A DNA stretch of 64,000 nt from NCBI GenBank assembly GCA_963727445.1, contig CAVSGI010000010.1:448001-512000 (forward strand), read 5' to 3'. This document shows positions 19,442 through 30,056 of this stretch, piece after piece. The notes below the pieces were generated by a model. The model was not told the DNA's origin, made no database searches, and saw nothing but the letters and a program-made list of their open reading frames with translations. The DNA is from an uncultured delta proteobacterium (lineage in GTDB: Bacteria > Myxococcota_A > Polyangia > Polyangiales > B10-G4). How positions within the stretch are numbered: the first letter of the stretch is position 1; every line of letters begins with the position of its first letter. Both the position numbers and the translations under genes were made by a program.

Positions 19442-20517
19442 CCTTCGACCAGGCTGCACAGGGCGTCGCCGGGGCAGCAGACGTCGACCGAGTACGTGTC
19501 GGAGTGCACGCAGACCTTCGGGCCGTGGCTCGGGTAGTAGTAGGCCCAGAAGAAGCACATCTCGTCGTTCGCGGACTCGCCGAAGCCGACACTGCTGGCG
19601 CTCGTGTTGTCGTACTCGCAGGTGAAGCGGAAGCCGCCGCCGCGAGGCACGGTGAACGCGGGGTCGTGATACACGGTCTCGGGCTCGTCCCAATACCAGC
19701 GGGCGACGTCGTAGACCGGCGTGCCGGTGCCGCTCGCGCTGTCGGTGGTCTCGACGAAGACGTTGGTGCCCCATTGGTGGGTGTGCCCCGTGACGGAGAA
19801 GAAGTTCGAGTCGGCGAGGTCGGCCGGGAGTGGGAAGTAGGTCGGCCCCAGGGTCAGGGTGGAGCGCGCCGGGATGTCGATCTCGGGATTGCCGATGAAG
19901 AGGAAGTCCGCTTCGTTCTCGAAGGTCTCGGGCGCGATGCTCACGAAGGTGCTCGACGCGACCACCTCGACCGGGTCGGGGGTGGTGTTGATGTAGTGGA
20001 GCTCGAGGCGAACCATCTGATTGGCGTCGAGGGTGTAGGCCACGCCTTCGGGCAGGGTGATCGTCTCTTCAGAGCGCTGGGAGACGGTGAGCGGCGCGCC
20101 TCGCGACGGGTCGAGGGTGTCGACGAAGGGCGTGCAGTCGAAGGGCTCGAGCTGCTCCATCGTGTCCGCCGTCCGGTAGACGATCATGTGATGAGACGCC
20201 GGGCCGAGGCTGTTGATGATCTGTCCGACGCGAACGGGCTCCGGGTTGCCGAGGCGCGCCACGATGCACTTGGTGTTCTCCTCGCCCGCGGCGGCGGTGA
20301 CCGGGCCCCAGTTGATCGTGTAGCGCTCTCCGCCGGGCACGAAGGTCCCGGCGTCGACGGCTCCGCCGGTGTCGGTGGTGACGCTGCCGTCCGAGGGCGT
20401 CCCCGTGTCGGTGACGGAGGCGTCGGAGCTCGCGTCACTGCCGCCATCCGGGGTGGTGGCGGAGTCACCGCAGGCCAGGAGGAGGACGAGGAGGGACAAG
20501 AGGGGAAACAGCCGCAT
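19426..20517 (-). CDS. Copper type II (PHM/DBH-like) monooxygenase-domain lipoprotein
   Basis: SHHMIVY, LHYIN, GHTHQWG and EMC copper-ligand motifs; lipobox LLAC. Confidence 0.8.
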   Translation of the reverse strand: MRLFPLLSLLVLLLACGDSATTPDGGSDASSDASVTDTGTPSDGSVTTDTGGAVDAGTFVPGGERYTINWGPVTAAAGEENTKCIVARLGNPEPVRVGQIINSLGPASHHMIVYRTADTMEQLEPFDCTPFVDTLDPSRGAPLTVSQRSEETITLPEGVAYTLDANQMVRLELHYINTTPDPVEVVASSTFVSIAPETFENEADFLFIGNPEIDIPARSTLTLGPTYFPLPADLADSNFFSVTGHTHQWGTNVFVETTDSASGTGTPVYDVARWYWDEPETVYHDPAFTVPRGGGFRFTCEYDNTSASSVGFGESANDEMCFFWAYYYPSHGPKVCVHSDTYSVDVCCPGDALCSLVEGYLGG

Positions 20518-20595
20518 GGGGTTGCTCATTAACATCAGAGCGGACCCGGCGCGAGCGGGCTTGAACCCTCGGCCGCCTCCCACGATAGTTTCTCG

Positions 20596-21013
20596 ATGCA
20601 CCGCTGGATCTTTACAGCCTTGAATTGGCGCGGCGGCCGCATGCGGCGGCGCGCAGAAACCCATCCAGGTGGTCGGGGAGGGGGTGGTGCATCGGGGCAT
20701 GGTGACGTCGGTGGAGGGCACGGCCTCGGTCTGGGAGGGCGAGAGCTGCGAAGTGCGGGTCCAGCCCACCGACGACCCCCGCTTCAACTGCCGGGTCGAG
20801 GTTCGCTGCGGCGAAGAGGTCCTCTACGGCTTCCCCGGGGCTGGCTTCAATCGCTGCGCGCGCGAGTCGGGGGCCTTCGTGGCGGCGCGTGATGGCTACA
20901 AGACCCGAGCGGACGGCGACCCGATGATGGGGTGGGATCTCCGCCAGCATCTGGTGATCGTCATGGACAGCGAGCCGGACTTCAAAGTGACGCTGGCGCT
21001 TCACGCGAACTGA
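20596..21013 (+). CDS. Small hypothetical lipoprotein; +1 frameshift at about 20623
   Basis: Removing one A gives the signal peptide MHRWIFTALIGAAAAC in frame with ORF 20669..21013. Confidence 0.6.
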
Positions 21014-21022
21014 GACGTCGGG

Positions 21023-22489
21023 GTGACGGTGCGCGCAGAGGAGAGGGGCACCGCGGAAGCGGACGACGCCACGGCCTCATTGGCCATGGCGCCGCGCGAT
21101 CCGGCCGAGGCACGCCGGGGACTCCGTGCGGCGCTCGATCGTGGCGCGGCTGAACCATGGTGCGCTTTCGCGTTGCGAGCGATCTTCGAGCGCGACGGAG
21201 ATCGGTCGGCGCTACGCGCGCTCTACCCGCACGTGCGCGCGCGCTTCGATGGATCGGACCGCGAGCGCTCGGGTTTCGAGGGCGCGTGTCTGTGGGCGCG
21301 CGCCCTTCATGACCTCGCGCGCCTCGCCGCGGATCTGGGTGAGGGCGGCGACGCCGAACGTCTCACCCGCCTATTCGAGGAGTCGCGCGCGACGCTTCGG
21401 GCGGCTGAGCCTTCGGCGCCCCGGCGTGCGGGGGCCTTCTCGATCCTCTTCGCCGGCGCCGCCGCGAACGCGAGGGCGGACGCCCTGATCGACGCGCTCC
21501 TCGACCGGCGCAGCTGGTGGGGAGGCTGGGGCGTGCCCGGCGTTCCCTTCGACGATCCAGCCTTCGAGCGTGAGCGGACAGGTGCGGGAGCGATCGACCT
21601 ACGTTTCCAATGGACTCTCTTCGAAGGGCTCCGGGACTACGGTCGTCACGACATCGCCGCCGACCTCGCGCGCTCCTGCCGCCGGCTCGTGGAGCAGGCG
21701 GGCTCGTACGCGCGCTACGACGCGCTCAGCGGTGCGGGCCTCGGACCCGCGGACCCAAGCTATCTCGCCCTCGTCGAGACCATGCAGCCGAGCAGGCCCG
21801 ACCCCGTGTTCGAGGAGCGCGTCCTGATCCGACCAAAGCGCGAGCTCTGCGGGGGCGAGGCCGGGATCGTCTACGATCATCCGGAGATGCGCGTGGTCGA
21901 TCGCGTGGATGGCTCCGCGGTCTCACCGCCTGTGGTCTCGCGCGCGATCGAGCGCGCCTCGGCTGCCCCCGGCTCGTCCATCGAGGCGGTGGCGCGCGCG
22001 GTTCGGGACGCCATCCAGCCGGTCGACGGTTACGCGCGATTCTGCGACGGGGCCACGGCGGCGCTGGCCGCGGCCCTCGAGGCTCGGGGGTACCGCGTCG
22101 ACAAGCATTGGTCGCCCTATCTCCACTACTTTCCCGTCGTCATCGACGCGGACGGCGCACACCTGGTCGTCGATCTCTGTGCCCACCAGTTCGCGACGCA
22201 CCCCACCTCGCGTGGCCCGCTCCTCCTCGAGCAGGCGACCCTGGGCCTCGCACACGCCCTCTCGGTCGAGCGCCCCGCCGGCGCGGTCCTGCTCCGCAGC
22301 CTCCGCGATCTGCGATACGACCTGGCCCAGCTGCCCACGGTGCGGATGGACCGAAACGAACGCGCGGCGATGGAGCTCGTGGTCCAGCGACATCTGGACC
22401 ACGTCGCCCGCGCCGGGGAGCACGCTCCGGTTGCGCCACATCGCGAATGGATCGTGGCGTGGAGCCGTCGGGGCGCCGCCTCCCGCTGA
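21023..22489 (+). CDS. Degenerate GH63/MGH1-like (alpha/alpha)6 domain fused to a papain/transglutaminase-like domain
   Basis: GDRSALRALYP, EGLRDYGRHDIAADLA, YDALSGAGLG; C-terminal FCDGAT...HYF...VVDLCAHQF. Confidence 0.55.
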   Translation: MTVRAEERGTAEADDATASLAMAPRDPAEARRGLRAALDRGAAEPWCAFALRAIFERDGDRSALRALYPHVRARFDGSDRERSGFEGACLWARALHDLARLAADLGEGGDAERLTRLFEESRATLRAAEPSAPRRAGAFSILFAGAAANARADALIDALLDRRSWWGGWGVPGVPFDDPAFERERTGAGAIDLRFQWTLFEGLRDYGRHDIAADLARSCRRLVEQAGSYARYDALSGAGLGPADPSYLALVETMQPSRPDPVFEERVLIRPKRELCGGEAGIVYDHPEMRVVDRVDGSAVSPPVVSRAIERASAAPGSSIEAVARAVRDAIQPVDGYARFCDGATAALAAALEARGYRVDKHWSPYLHYFPVVIDADGAHLVVDLCAHQFATHPTSRGPLLLEQATLGLAHALSVERPAGAVLLRSLRDLRYDLAQLPTVRMDRNERAAMELVVQRHLDHVARAGEHAPVAPHREWIVAWSRRGAASR

Positions 22490-22600
22490 GGCCGAGCGCG
22501 TCGACCGCTGGCCAGCGGTCCAGCCGCTTCGGGTGGTCGATCGGCTAGGGAGCGAGCCGGCGCCGCGGCGTTTCTCCTCCAGATCGCGCATGCCCCCTGG

Positions 22601-22616
22601 CGGCACGCGTCTTGAA
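22601..22616 (+). promoter_or_regulatory. Putative sigma54 promoter
   Basis: CGGCACG-CGTC-TTGAA upstream of an SD-led ATG at 22644. Confidence 0.5.
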
Positions 22617-22643
22617 CAACCCTGGCTCGACGGAGGTCGCGTC

Positions 22644-22955
22644 ATGGGAATCGTCGAGCAGAGCGAAGAGAGGCCCCAGGAGTGGTTGCTCACCCTCGAA
22701 CAGAATCGCGGGCTGTACCGGGCACTCCTCGACGAGTGTCAGAGCCTCGCCGTCGCGGCGCACGCCATCGCCCGGGCGCGCTGCCGCAGCCGTGACGTCT
22801 CCACGGCGATTCCGAGCGTAGCCGAGGTGGGCGCGGCGGCCCGCGAGGTCGCCCGTCGCGTGGGCGTCGAAGAGCCGCTTCCACGCGCGATGCGCCTCGC
22901 CGACGAGTGCGAGGCGCAGGGGCTTCCGGTCATCGGTGCACGCATGGCCGCGTGA
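22644..22955 (+). CDS. Small hypothetical protein
   Basis: GGAGG SD and a coding-like ORF. Confidence 0.6.
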   Translation: MGIVEQSEERPQEWLLTLEQNRGLYRALLDECQSLAVAAHAIARARCRSRDVSTAIPSVAEVGAAAREVARRVGVEEPLPRAMRLADECEAQGLPVIGARMAA

Positions 22956-22958
22956 TCC

Positions 22959-23723
22959 TCAGAGGTGGCCGACCGTCACCTGCAGCATGCCGCCGCCTTG
23001 CACCGGCACCGCGTCGAGGTCGACCGTGGTGCCGTGACCGTCGGGCGGGCCCATCACCCGCACCTGCACCGTCTCCTTCGTGAGCATCCCCGCGATGAAG
23101 AGCGCGAGGCCGCCGATCTGCATCAGGCCCATGGTGACGGGGATCGCGGGATGTGGCGCGCCCGTGACGAGCTGGGCGATGGGGCCAACGATGGGCACCA
23201 CCGACCAGGCCCAGGCGTCCTGCTCGATGGCGGGGTCGCGCTCGTCGCTGATCGAGTTGGCGAGGGGCGTCGCGATGGCGAAGTCGCCGACCCAGCCGAG
23301 GCCGAAGAGGATCACGCCCGGCAGCCAGAGGCGGCGCGTCGCGCGCTCACGCTCTTCGAAGTGGAACTGCGGCTGCTGCTGCGTGGGCACCTGATAGCCG
23401 TACGCGCCCACCGGGTAGCCTCCTTGCGGCTGGTAGGCGTAGCCCCAGGACTGCTGCGGCACCTGCACCTGCTGAACCGGCGCGGGCGCGGGCTGCGGCT
23501 GCGGGTACGGCTGCTGTGGCGCCTGCTGTTGCTGGACCTGCGCCTGCTGAGCCTGCGGCTGCTGGGCTTGCTGCTGCGGGCCGCCGGCGGGGACCTGGAC
23601 CACCGGGGCCGAGAGGCCACCCGCTGGCGCGGTCTCCTGGGCCAAGGCGGGGGAGGCGAGGAGCGTCACCGCGAGGGCGGCGACGAGGGTCGAGAGGCAG
23701 AGCTTGTCGTGAACGTCGTGCAT
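22959..23723 (-). CDS. Hypothetical Gln/Pro-rich exported membrane protein
   Basis: Signal peptide (SPALAQ), Q/P-rich linker, TM segments. Confidence 0.7.
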   Translation of the reverse strand: MHDVHDKLCLSTLVAALAVTLLASPALAQETAPAGGLSAPVVQVPAGGPQQQAQQPQAQQAQVQQQQAPQQPYPQPQPAPAPVQQVQVPQQSWGYAYQPQGGYPVGAYGYQVPTQQQPQFHFEERERATRRLWLPGVILFGLGWVGDFAIATPLANSISDERDPAIEQDAWAWSVVPIVGPIAQLVTGAPHPAIPVTMGLMQIGGLALFIAGMLTKETVQVRVMGPPDGHGTTVDLDAVPVQGGGMLQVTVGHL

Positions 23724-23735
23724 GCCAGGCCCTGG

Positions 23736-23751
23736 AGCAGGGGGCGTGCCG
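23736..23751 (-). promoter_or_regulatory. Putative sigma54 promoter
   Basis: CGGCACG-CCCC-CTGCT (GG-N10-GC). Confidence 0.45.
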
Positions 23752-23858
23752 CGCGGAATTTCGTGAAAGATCGCGACGGTCGTGAAGAGGGCGTGCAAGA
23801 CGCTGCACGCCAGACCTCGCCGGATGCGCAGCGGGCTTCACGGATCGTGCGCGCTCGC

Positions 23859-24644
23859 TCAGAACCCGAAGAAGACGTCGAAGGTCGGCATGAGGTGCGT
23901 GCGTACGCCGACCGGGTAGCGGCCGGTGACGACGCGGTAGCCGAGGGAGAGGCCGAAGCCTCTGCCGGGATGCCACGCGAGGGACGCGCTGTGCTCGAGG
24001 GTGTAGCCGTGGGGGACGACGGGGACGCTCGTCAGCCGGAGGTCGGCCTGCCAGGCGAAGTCGTCGCCGAGCATGCCGTTCACGGCGACGCCGACGTAGG
24101 TCGTGCCTTTCGTCGAGGCCGCGCCGAAGCGGGAGTAGAGGAAGGGGAAGTCGAGGACGATGGGGTCGCCGTCGCTGAGCCGTGGCGCGACGGAGAGGCC
24201 GAGCTCGAGCGTGTAATGCGTCCGGTCGTCCGGGGCCGAGACGGTGACGAGGAACGACGTGTCGAGACCGAGGATGGTCGGGACGTTCGTGTTCGCGGGC
24301 AAGAGGCCGAGCGTCCCTTCGCGCGCGAAGGTCGACATGAAGAGCGTCGGATAGGACAGGCGGTGCCAGGTGGAGAGCGAAACCTGGCGGCCGTGGATCC
24401 ATCGGATCTTCGCGTCGAGGTGCGGCAGCGCGATCTCGAGGAGCGGATGCGCGGCCAGCTCGATGTCGTCGGTGACGCCCCAGCGGATCGGATGGAAGAG
24501 GCCGGCTTCGATGCGGCCCTGGGGAATGGTGAACGCGGTGTTCGACGACCAGAGACGCGCCGAGGCGGGTGGGCTCTGCGCGGCGGCGGGCGCCGTCCAG
24601 AGGAGGGCGCTGGCGAGCGTGATGCCGAGGAGCGCGCGTCTCAC
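23859..24644 (-). CDS. Hypothetical outer-membrane beta-barrel protein
   Basis: Signal peptide, C-terminal Phe (DVFFGF), GTGA overlap with the upstream stop. Confidence 0.7.
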   Translation of the reverse strand: MRRALLGITLASALLWTAPAAAQSPPASARLWSSNTAFTIPQGRIEAGLFHPIRWGVTDDIELAAHPLLEIALPHLDAKIRWIHGRQVSLSTWHRLSYPTLFMSTFAREGTLGLLPANTNVPTILGLDTSFLVTVSAPDDRTHYTLELGLSVAPRLSDGDPIVLDFPFLYSRFGAASTKGTTYVGVAVNGMLGDDFAWQADLRLTSVPVVPHGYTLEHSASLAWHPGRGFGLSLGYRVVTGRYPVGVRTHLMPTFDVFFGF

Positions 24645-25741
24645 GGCAGCGCGAGCTCCGCGGTGACGGGGGCGTGGTCCGACAGCGGCATCGTCTCCAT
24701 CCCCGTGCGGCTGTCCTGGTGCACCACGCCGGATCCGGGGACCCAGGCGCCGTTCGTGAAGAGGTAATCGAGCTGGCGATTCCAGAAGCCGCGCCCGTCC
24801 ACTGTATGCGAGAAGTAGGCGGCGTTGTCGGCGGCGTAGTCCTCGGTGGGGACGAAGGGCGCGTAGCTCGCGTAGAGCGCGTCGAGCCAGCCGACCTCGG
24901 GACGATAGTCGTCGGCGACGAACTCCTCGTCGGTGCAGACGGAGTCCGGGAAGTCGAAGAGCTCGTCGGTGCCGGGCGGTAGCGTGTTCAGGTCACCGCC
25001 GCCGATGACCAGCGCCCCTTCGGCGTCGAGGCGATCCATCTCTTCGCGCAGCCGGTCGATGTGCGCCCGTTTGGTCCCGTCCTCTCCGTAGGCGTCGGTG
25101 TGCACGTTGACGACCCAGAAGCTGCGCCCGCCGGGCACCTCCACGCGTGCCCGGAGCACCGCGCGACGCAGATAGAAGTAGCGGGTCAGCGCGCTCTGAT
25201 CGCTCCGGAGCGGAAGGGCGATGCGCGTCGCCTCTTCCAGAGGCCACTTGCTCAAGATGGCGATCCCGTCGTCGATGGGCCCGAGCCCGTCGCTCGGCAC
25301 GTAGTCCGCCTTCCACTGCGAGGCGTAGGCGGCGTAGCGGAGGTCCGTGTGCTCGAGGAGCCACGCGAGCTGATCGACGAAGGCCGATCGCTTCGCGTTC
25401 ACGTCGACCTCCTGGAGCATCAGCACGTCGGGATCGACCTGGCGGATCTTCGCGGCGAGGCCCTCGAGGTTCGCGATCACCTCGCTCCGCTCCATGAGCA
25501 CCCGGTCGCCGAAGCAGTCGAAGAAGAAGTCGATGCGGCCGCCGCCGAATTTGATGTTCCAGTCCATGACGCGGAGCGGTCCGTCGGGCGGCGGCGCCGG
25601 ATCGGCGCCTTCGGCCTCGTAGAGCCTCGCCGGCTCTTCGTCCTCGAAGCCGGTGTGGAAGGGGTCGCAGCCTGTCCCGAGCAGGGCAATCAGCGCAGCG
25701 AGCGCAGCGGCCTTCGAACGATGCCCCTCCACTGTCCGCAC
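24641..25741 (-). CDS. Endonuclease/exonuclease/phosphatase-family lipoprotein
   Basis: WNIKF, LQEVD, GGDLN, LDY, SDHAPV. Confidence 0.9.
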   Translation of the reverse strand: MRTVEGHRSKAAALAALIALLGTGCDPFHTGFEDEEPARLYEAEGADPAPPPDGPLRVMDWNIKFGGGRIDFFFDCFGDRVLMERSEVIANLEGLAAKIRQVDPDVLMLQEVDVNAKRSAFVDQLAWLLEHTDLRYAAYASQWKADYVPSDGLGPIDDGIAILSKWPLEEATRIALPLRSDQSALTRYFYLRRAVLRARVEVPGGRSFWVVNVHTDAYGEDGTKRAHIDRLREEMDRLDAEGALVIGGGDLNTLPPGTDELFDFPDSVCTDEEFVADDYRPEVGWLDALYASYAPFVPTEDYAADNAAYFSHTVDGRGFWNRQLDYLFTNGAWVPGSGVVHQDSRTGMETMPLSDHAPVTAELALP

Positions 25742-25748
25742 GTGCGCC

Positions 25749-27125
25749 TCAGGGCCCGATGGGGTCTCCGGGACAGGTCGTCAGGATCTCGAGCTCGCGG
25801 TCGGGAGACGCGCCGAGGAGCGCGCAGCTCTCCGGACAGAGCGCGATGCGCACCAGCTCTTCCATGGGCTCGGGCACGTAGAAGCCGCCGCTGCCACACG
25901 CTTCGGGCCCGCTCACCTGCGCGAGCCAGGTCTCGCGGCCGCCGCGGGTGATGCGGGCGAAGACGGGATCGCCGGTGAGCGGTACCGGCTCGGAGAGCGC
26001 GAAGTCGCAGGCGGTGGCGTCGAGCCGCACCTGGTTCAGCGCATTCAGCAGCTCGGAAGTGGTCCCTCCGCCCGTCTCCACGATGTAGGCGGCGCCGGTG
26101 TCACCCGCGATGGCGATGCGGTCGAGATTCATCTGGGCGAAGGGTCGCTCGCCCGGGCCGAAGACACCGATGATGAAAGTCTGCACGGACGCAGCGTCGA
26201 CCCCCATCCGCGCTACCTCGGCGATGTTGTCGATACCGCGCTCGAAGCCGGCGCGGAAATCGGGATCGCAGGAGGTCGGGAAGCCGTCGGTGGCGACGAC
26301 GACCACCACCTTGTGGGTGGGGTTGTCCCGCGCCCACTGGACCGCGCCTTCCACCACACCCTGGACAGCGGGCAGGGTCGGCGTGCCGCCTGCGTCTTCA
26401 CGCGACACCTCGTGCGCATCGAAGGTCCTGAGGAGCGCGGCGGCACCGGTGTTCAGCTGTTGGATGCCGATGGCCGGCGTCCGGTAGTCGGCGACGTTGC
26501 AGTCGTCGCGGTTGTCGCAGACGCCCATGCGCGTGCAGGGCCCGGTGCCCATCGCGCAGGGGAAGGTGCCATCGAAGCTGCACGAGGGGCCCATGATCCC
26601 GGTGGCGGCGCAGTAGCCGAGGGCGAGGCAGGCGTCTCCCGGAAAGCCGCGGAGCTCGCAGTCGGTGACGGTGTTGCAGAGCACCCCGGCGTCGCGGCAG
26701 GCCTGCGCGGGGATGCAGGCGCCGGGCATCATGCAGCTGCAATCGTTCTCGCAGAGCAGCGGGACTTCCAGCTGGACCTGCGGGAAGAAGGTGAGGGCGA
26801 CGCCGATGCCTTCGGACTCCGGGTCGCGGAAGAAGCCGCGGATCGCGCGGCGGGTCGCCTGCCACTTGGTGGTGCCGCTGTCGATGGGCTCCTGCATCGA
26901 GCCCGAAGCATCGAAGAGCATGAAGACGTCCAGGGGCAGGAGCTGCGCCGTGGCGCCGAAGGCGGTGCATTCCGGGACGTCCACCGGGACGTCGATGGGC
27001 ACGTCGGGGAGCGCATCCATCGCTGCGTCCTCGGGCGCCGGCTCCGGGATCTTCAGACCGGTCTTGCTGCCGCAGGCCGTGAGGGCGAGGGCGCCCAGCA
27101 GCGCGCTGGCAGCAGCCGCCTTCAT
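25749..27125 (-). CDS. VWA-domain Cys-rich lipoprotein
   Basis: DASGSM MIDAS, TPT, ATDG; lipobox LTAC; ATGA overlap with the polX stop. Confidence 0.85.
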   Translation of the reverse strand: MKAAAASALLGALALTACGSKTGLKIPEPAPEDAAMDALPDVPIDVPVDVPECTAFGATAQLLPLDVFMLFDASGSMQEPIDSGTTKWQATRRAIRGFFRDPESEGIGVALTFFPQVQLEVPLLCENDCSCMMPGACIPAQACRDAGVLCNTVTDCELRGFPGDACLALGYCAATGIMGPSCSFDGTFPCAMGTGPCTRMGVCDNRDDCNVADYRTPAIGIQQLNTGAAALLRTFDAHEVSREDAGGTPTLPAVQGVVEGAVQWARDNPTHKVVVVVATDGFPTSCDPDFRAGFERGIDNIAEVARMGVDAASVQTFIIGVFGPGERPFAQMNLDRIAIAGDTGAAYIVETGGGTTSELLNALNQVRLDATACDFALSEPVPLTGDPVFARITRGGRETWLAQVSGPEACGSGGFYVPEPMEELVRIALCPESCALLGASPDRELEILTTCPGDPIGP

Positions 27126-28870
27126 GACGCGCGCTCGCGCTTGGCGTTCACGAACTTCACGAATTTCGAAAGGCTCCACGTGTTCGCGACCTTCGCGCGG
27201 TCGACCCAGCCTCGCTGGGCCTGCTGCGCGCCCCACTGCATCCGATCGTACTCTGCCACGTGATGGGCGTCCGTGCTGATGATGAAGGTGACGTCGAGCT
27301 CGCGGGCCCGGATCAGGGCGTCGGCGGCGCAGTCGAGGCGGGGCAACGCCGCGTTGATCTCGATGGCGGTGCCCGTCTCGACCGCCTTCTGGAAGACGGC
27401 GTCGAGGTCGAGGTCGATGCCGGGGCGCTTGCCGATCATGCGCCCGCTCAGGTGCCCGATGACGTTGACCGACGGATCGTCCATGGCGGCGAGGATGCGT
27501 TTGGTCTGCTCGGCCTGACTCAGGTCGAAGTGGGAGTGCACGGCGGCGACGCAGAAATCGAGCGCCATGCGAAAGTCGTGATCGTAGTCGAGCCCGCCCT
27601 TCGGGCCGATGTTGAGCTCGATGCCCTGCATGAGGTTCAGGTCGGGGTACTCCTCGCGGAGGCGCGCGATCTCTTCGCGCTGCGCCAGGATCTCCTCGCG
27701 TGAGATGCCGTTCATCGGCAGGTCTTCGGCGTGGTCGGTGATCGCGAAGTAGCGGTACTCGCGCTCCACCGCCTTTCCCACCACCTCCGCGATCGGGCTG
27801 TGCGCGTCTCCGCTGCGGTCGGTGTGGACGTGGAAGTCGCCCTCGAGGTCCCTCACCTCGACCGCCTTCGGCAGGCGGTCCTCGGCGGCGGCTTCGATCT
27901 CTCCGTTGTTCTCGCGCATCGGCGCCGGGACGTACTTCATCTCCAGCGCTTCGTAGATCGCCTTTTCGGTCTTGGCGGCGACGACCTCGCCGCTCTCCTC
28001 GACGCTCAGGGCGTACTCGTTGAGCGTCCAGCCGCGCTCGATGGCGCGCTGGCGGAGCGCGATGTTGTGGGCCTTGCTCCCGGTGAAGTACATGAGCGCC
28101 GCGCCCATCTGATCGGGCGAGACCACCCGCAGATCCACTTGGAGGCCGGCTTCGGTGCGGATCGAGGACTTCTTGTCTCCGTGGGCGATGACGTCGGCGA
28201 CGTCGGGCAGGGCGACGAAGGCGTCCATCACCTTCTTCGGCGACTTGCTCGCCACCAGGATGTCGACGTCGCCGATGGTCTCGCGCAGCCGCCGGAGGCT
28301 CCCGCAGTACGACGCCGACTCCACCTCGGGCAGCGCCGAGATCTCTTCGACCAGGCGCACCGCCACCGGCATCGCCTTGGCGATTGGCGTCCGGTCCTCC
28401 GACTTGTTCTTGAGGGCCTTGTCGAGCGCGTCCTTGAGCTTCTCCTCGGTCTTCTCCCCGAAGCCGGAGAGCTTTCGGACCTTCTGCTCCTCGATCGCCT
28501 TCTTCAGGTCGGCGATGGACTCCACCTTCAGCTCCTTGCGGAGCTTCGCCACCGTCTTGGGACCGACACCCGGGATGCGCGAGAGCTCGACCACGCTCTT
28601 CGGGAACTTGTCGCGGAGCTTCTCGAGCTTGGCGATCTTTCCCGACTCGACGAACTCCTTGATTTTGGCGGCGGTGCTCTTGCCGATGCCGCGCTTCTTG
28701 GCGAGCTCGGTCGCGCTCATCTCGCCGAAGTCGGCGGGCAGGTTCCGGATGGCCTGCACCGCGTTCTCGTAGGCGCGGACGCGAAAGGCTTGAGGGTTTT
28801 CCTCGTCGAGGATGGTCAGCTCGGCGAGCTCCCGGAACAGGTTGGCGAGGCGATCACGCTCGTGGGCCAT
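27122..28870 (-). CDS. polX: DNA polymerase X / PHP 3'-5' exonuclease
   Basis: HhH motifs, GSLRR...[13 protein letters not shown], and PHP motifs DFHVHT...TDH...STDAH. Confidence 0.95.
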   Translation of the reverse strand: MAHERDRLANLFRELAELTILDEENPQAFRVRAYENAVQAIRNLPADFGEMSATELAKKRGIGKSTAAKIKEFVESGKIAKLEKLRDKFPKSVVELSRIPGVGPKTVAKLRKELKVESIADLKKAIEEQKVRKLSGFGEKTEEKLKDALDKALKNKSEDRTPIAKAMPVAVRLVEEISALPEVESASYCGSLRRLRETIGDVDILVASKSPKKVMDAFVALPDVADVIAHGDKKSSIRTEAGLQVDLRVVSPDQMGAALMYFTGSKAHNIALRQRAIERGWTLNEYALSVEESGEVVAAKTEKAIYEALEMKYVPAPMRENNGEIEAAAEDRLPKAVEVRDLEGDFHVHTDRSGDAHSPIAEVVGKAVEREYRYFAITDHAEDLPMNGISREEILAQREEIARLREEYPDLNLMQGIELNIGPKGGLDYDHDFRMALDFCVAAVHSHFDLSQAEQTKRILAAMDDPSVNVIGHLSGRMIGKRPGIDLDLDAVFQKAVETGTAIEINAALPRLDCAADALIRARELDVTFIISTDAHHVAEYDRMQWGAQQAQRGWVDRAKVANTWSLSKFVKFVNAKRERAS

Positions 28871-28901
28871 GGCGGGTATGATGCCCGACTCGGAGGCGCC
28901 C

Positions 28902-29979
28902 GTGGACCTGCCCGTCAATCCCCCCATCGAGCCGATGCTCGCCAAGTTGATGAATGAGGTCCCCGACGAGGGGGAGCTGCTCTTCGAGCCGAAATGGGAC
29001 GGCTTTCGCGCCCTCGTCTTCCGGGACGGCGACGAGATATTCATCCAGAGCCGGGACAAGAAGGAGCTGAACCGCTACTTCCCGGAGCTCATCGAGCCCC
29101 TGAAGCGCTCCCTGCCCACGCGATGCGTGGTCGACGGCGAGATCATCCTGATGCAGGACGGCCGCCTCGAGTTCGACGTGCTCCAACAGCGCATCCACCC
29201 CGCCGCGAGCCGGGTGAAGAAGCTCTCCGAGGAGACGCCGGCGCAGTACGTCGCCTTCGACCTGCTCTGCCTCGGCGACGAGAGCCTGATCGAGACGCCT
29301 CAGGTCGAGCGTCGCGCGCGTCTCGAAAAGGCCCTCGAGGGCGCCGAGCCGCCCGTGATGCTCACGCCGATGACCCGGGACACCGACGTCGCCAAGCGCT
29401 GGTTCGTCGAGTTCGAAGGCGCGGGGCTCGACGGGATCGTGGCCAAGCCCGCCGAGCTGGCCTACATGCCCAAGAAGCGGCGGCTCCTCAAGATCAAGCA
29501 CGTGCGCACCGCGGACTGCGTCGTCGCGGGCTTTCGCTGGCACAAGAAGGGCCCGGGGACACTCGTCGGCTCGCTGCTCCTCGGCCTCTACGATGACGAC
29601 GGCGTCCTGCATCACGTCGGCGTGACCTCGAGCTTCAAGATGAAGGAGCGCGAGTCGCTCGCGAAGGAGCTGGCGCCGCTGCGCGAAGACGCCGAGAAGG
29701 ACCATCCGTGGGCCGAGTGGGCGGACTGGGAAACGCGCGCCGAAAACGAGCAGCGCATGCCGGGCTCGAAGAGCCGCTGGAGCGCGGGGAAGAACCTCGC
29801 GTGGAACCCGCTTCGCATCGAGCGCGTCTGCGAGGTGAAGTACGACTTCATGCAGGGCGACCGGCTTCCGGCACGCCACCACCTTCCAGCGGTGGCGCAC
29901 CGACAAGAAGCCCGCCGACTGCCGCTACGACCAGCTCGAAGAGCCGACCGAGTTCGACCTGCGGTCGGTCATGACCTGA
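28902..29979 (+). CDS. ligC: ATP-dependent DNA ligase, LigC type; +1 frameshift at about 29863
   Basis: GTG start after GGAGG giving [23 protein letters not shown]. Removing one G restores [27 protein letters not shown] and a 358-aa product. Confidence 0.88.
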
Positions 29980-30056
29980 CGGCGGAGGGGGCGCGAAATG
30001 CGCGTCGAAGCCCGAAGCTCAGCCCAGTGCCCGTGGCGGGATCTTCCCCGACGGGG

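Noticed and set aside
29855..29870. Programmed ribosomal frameshifting at the broken genes
   Set aside because: No slippery heptamers or shared context. The sites are 2-3 nt homopolymers, as expected for sequencing indels.
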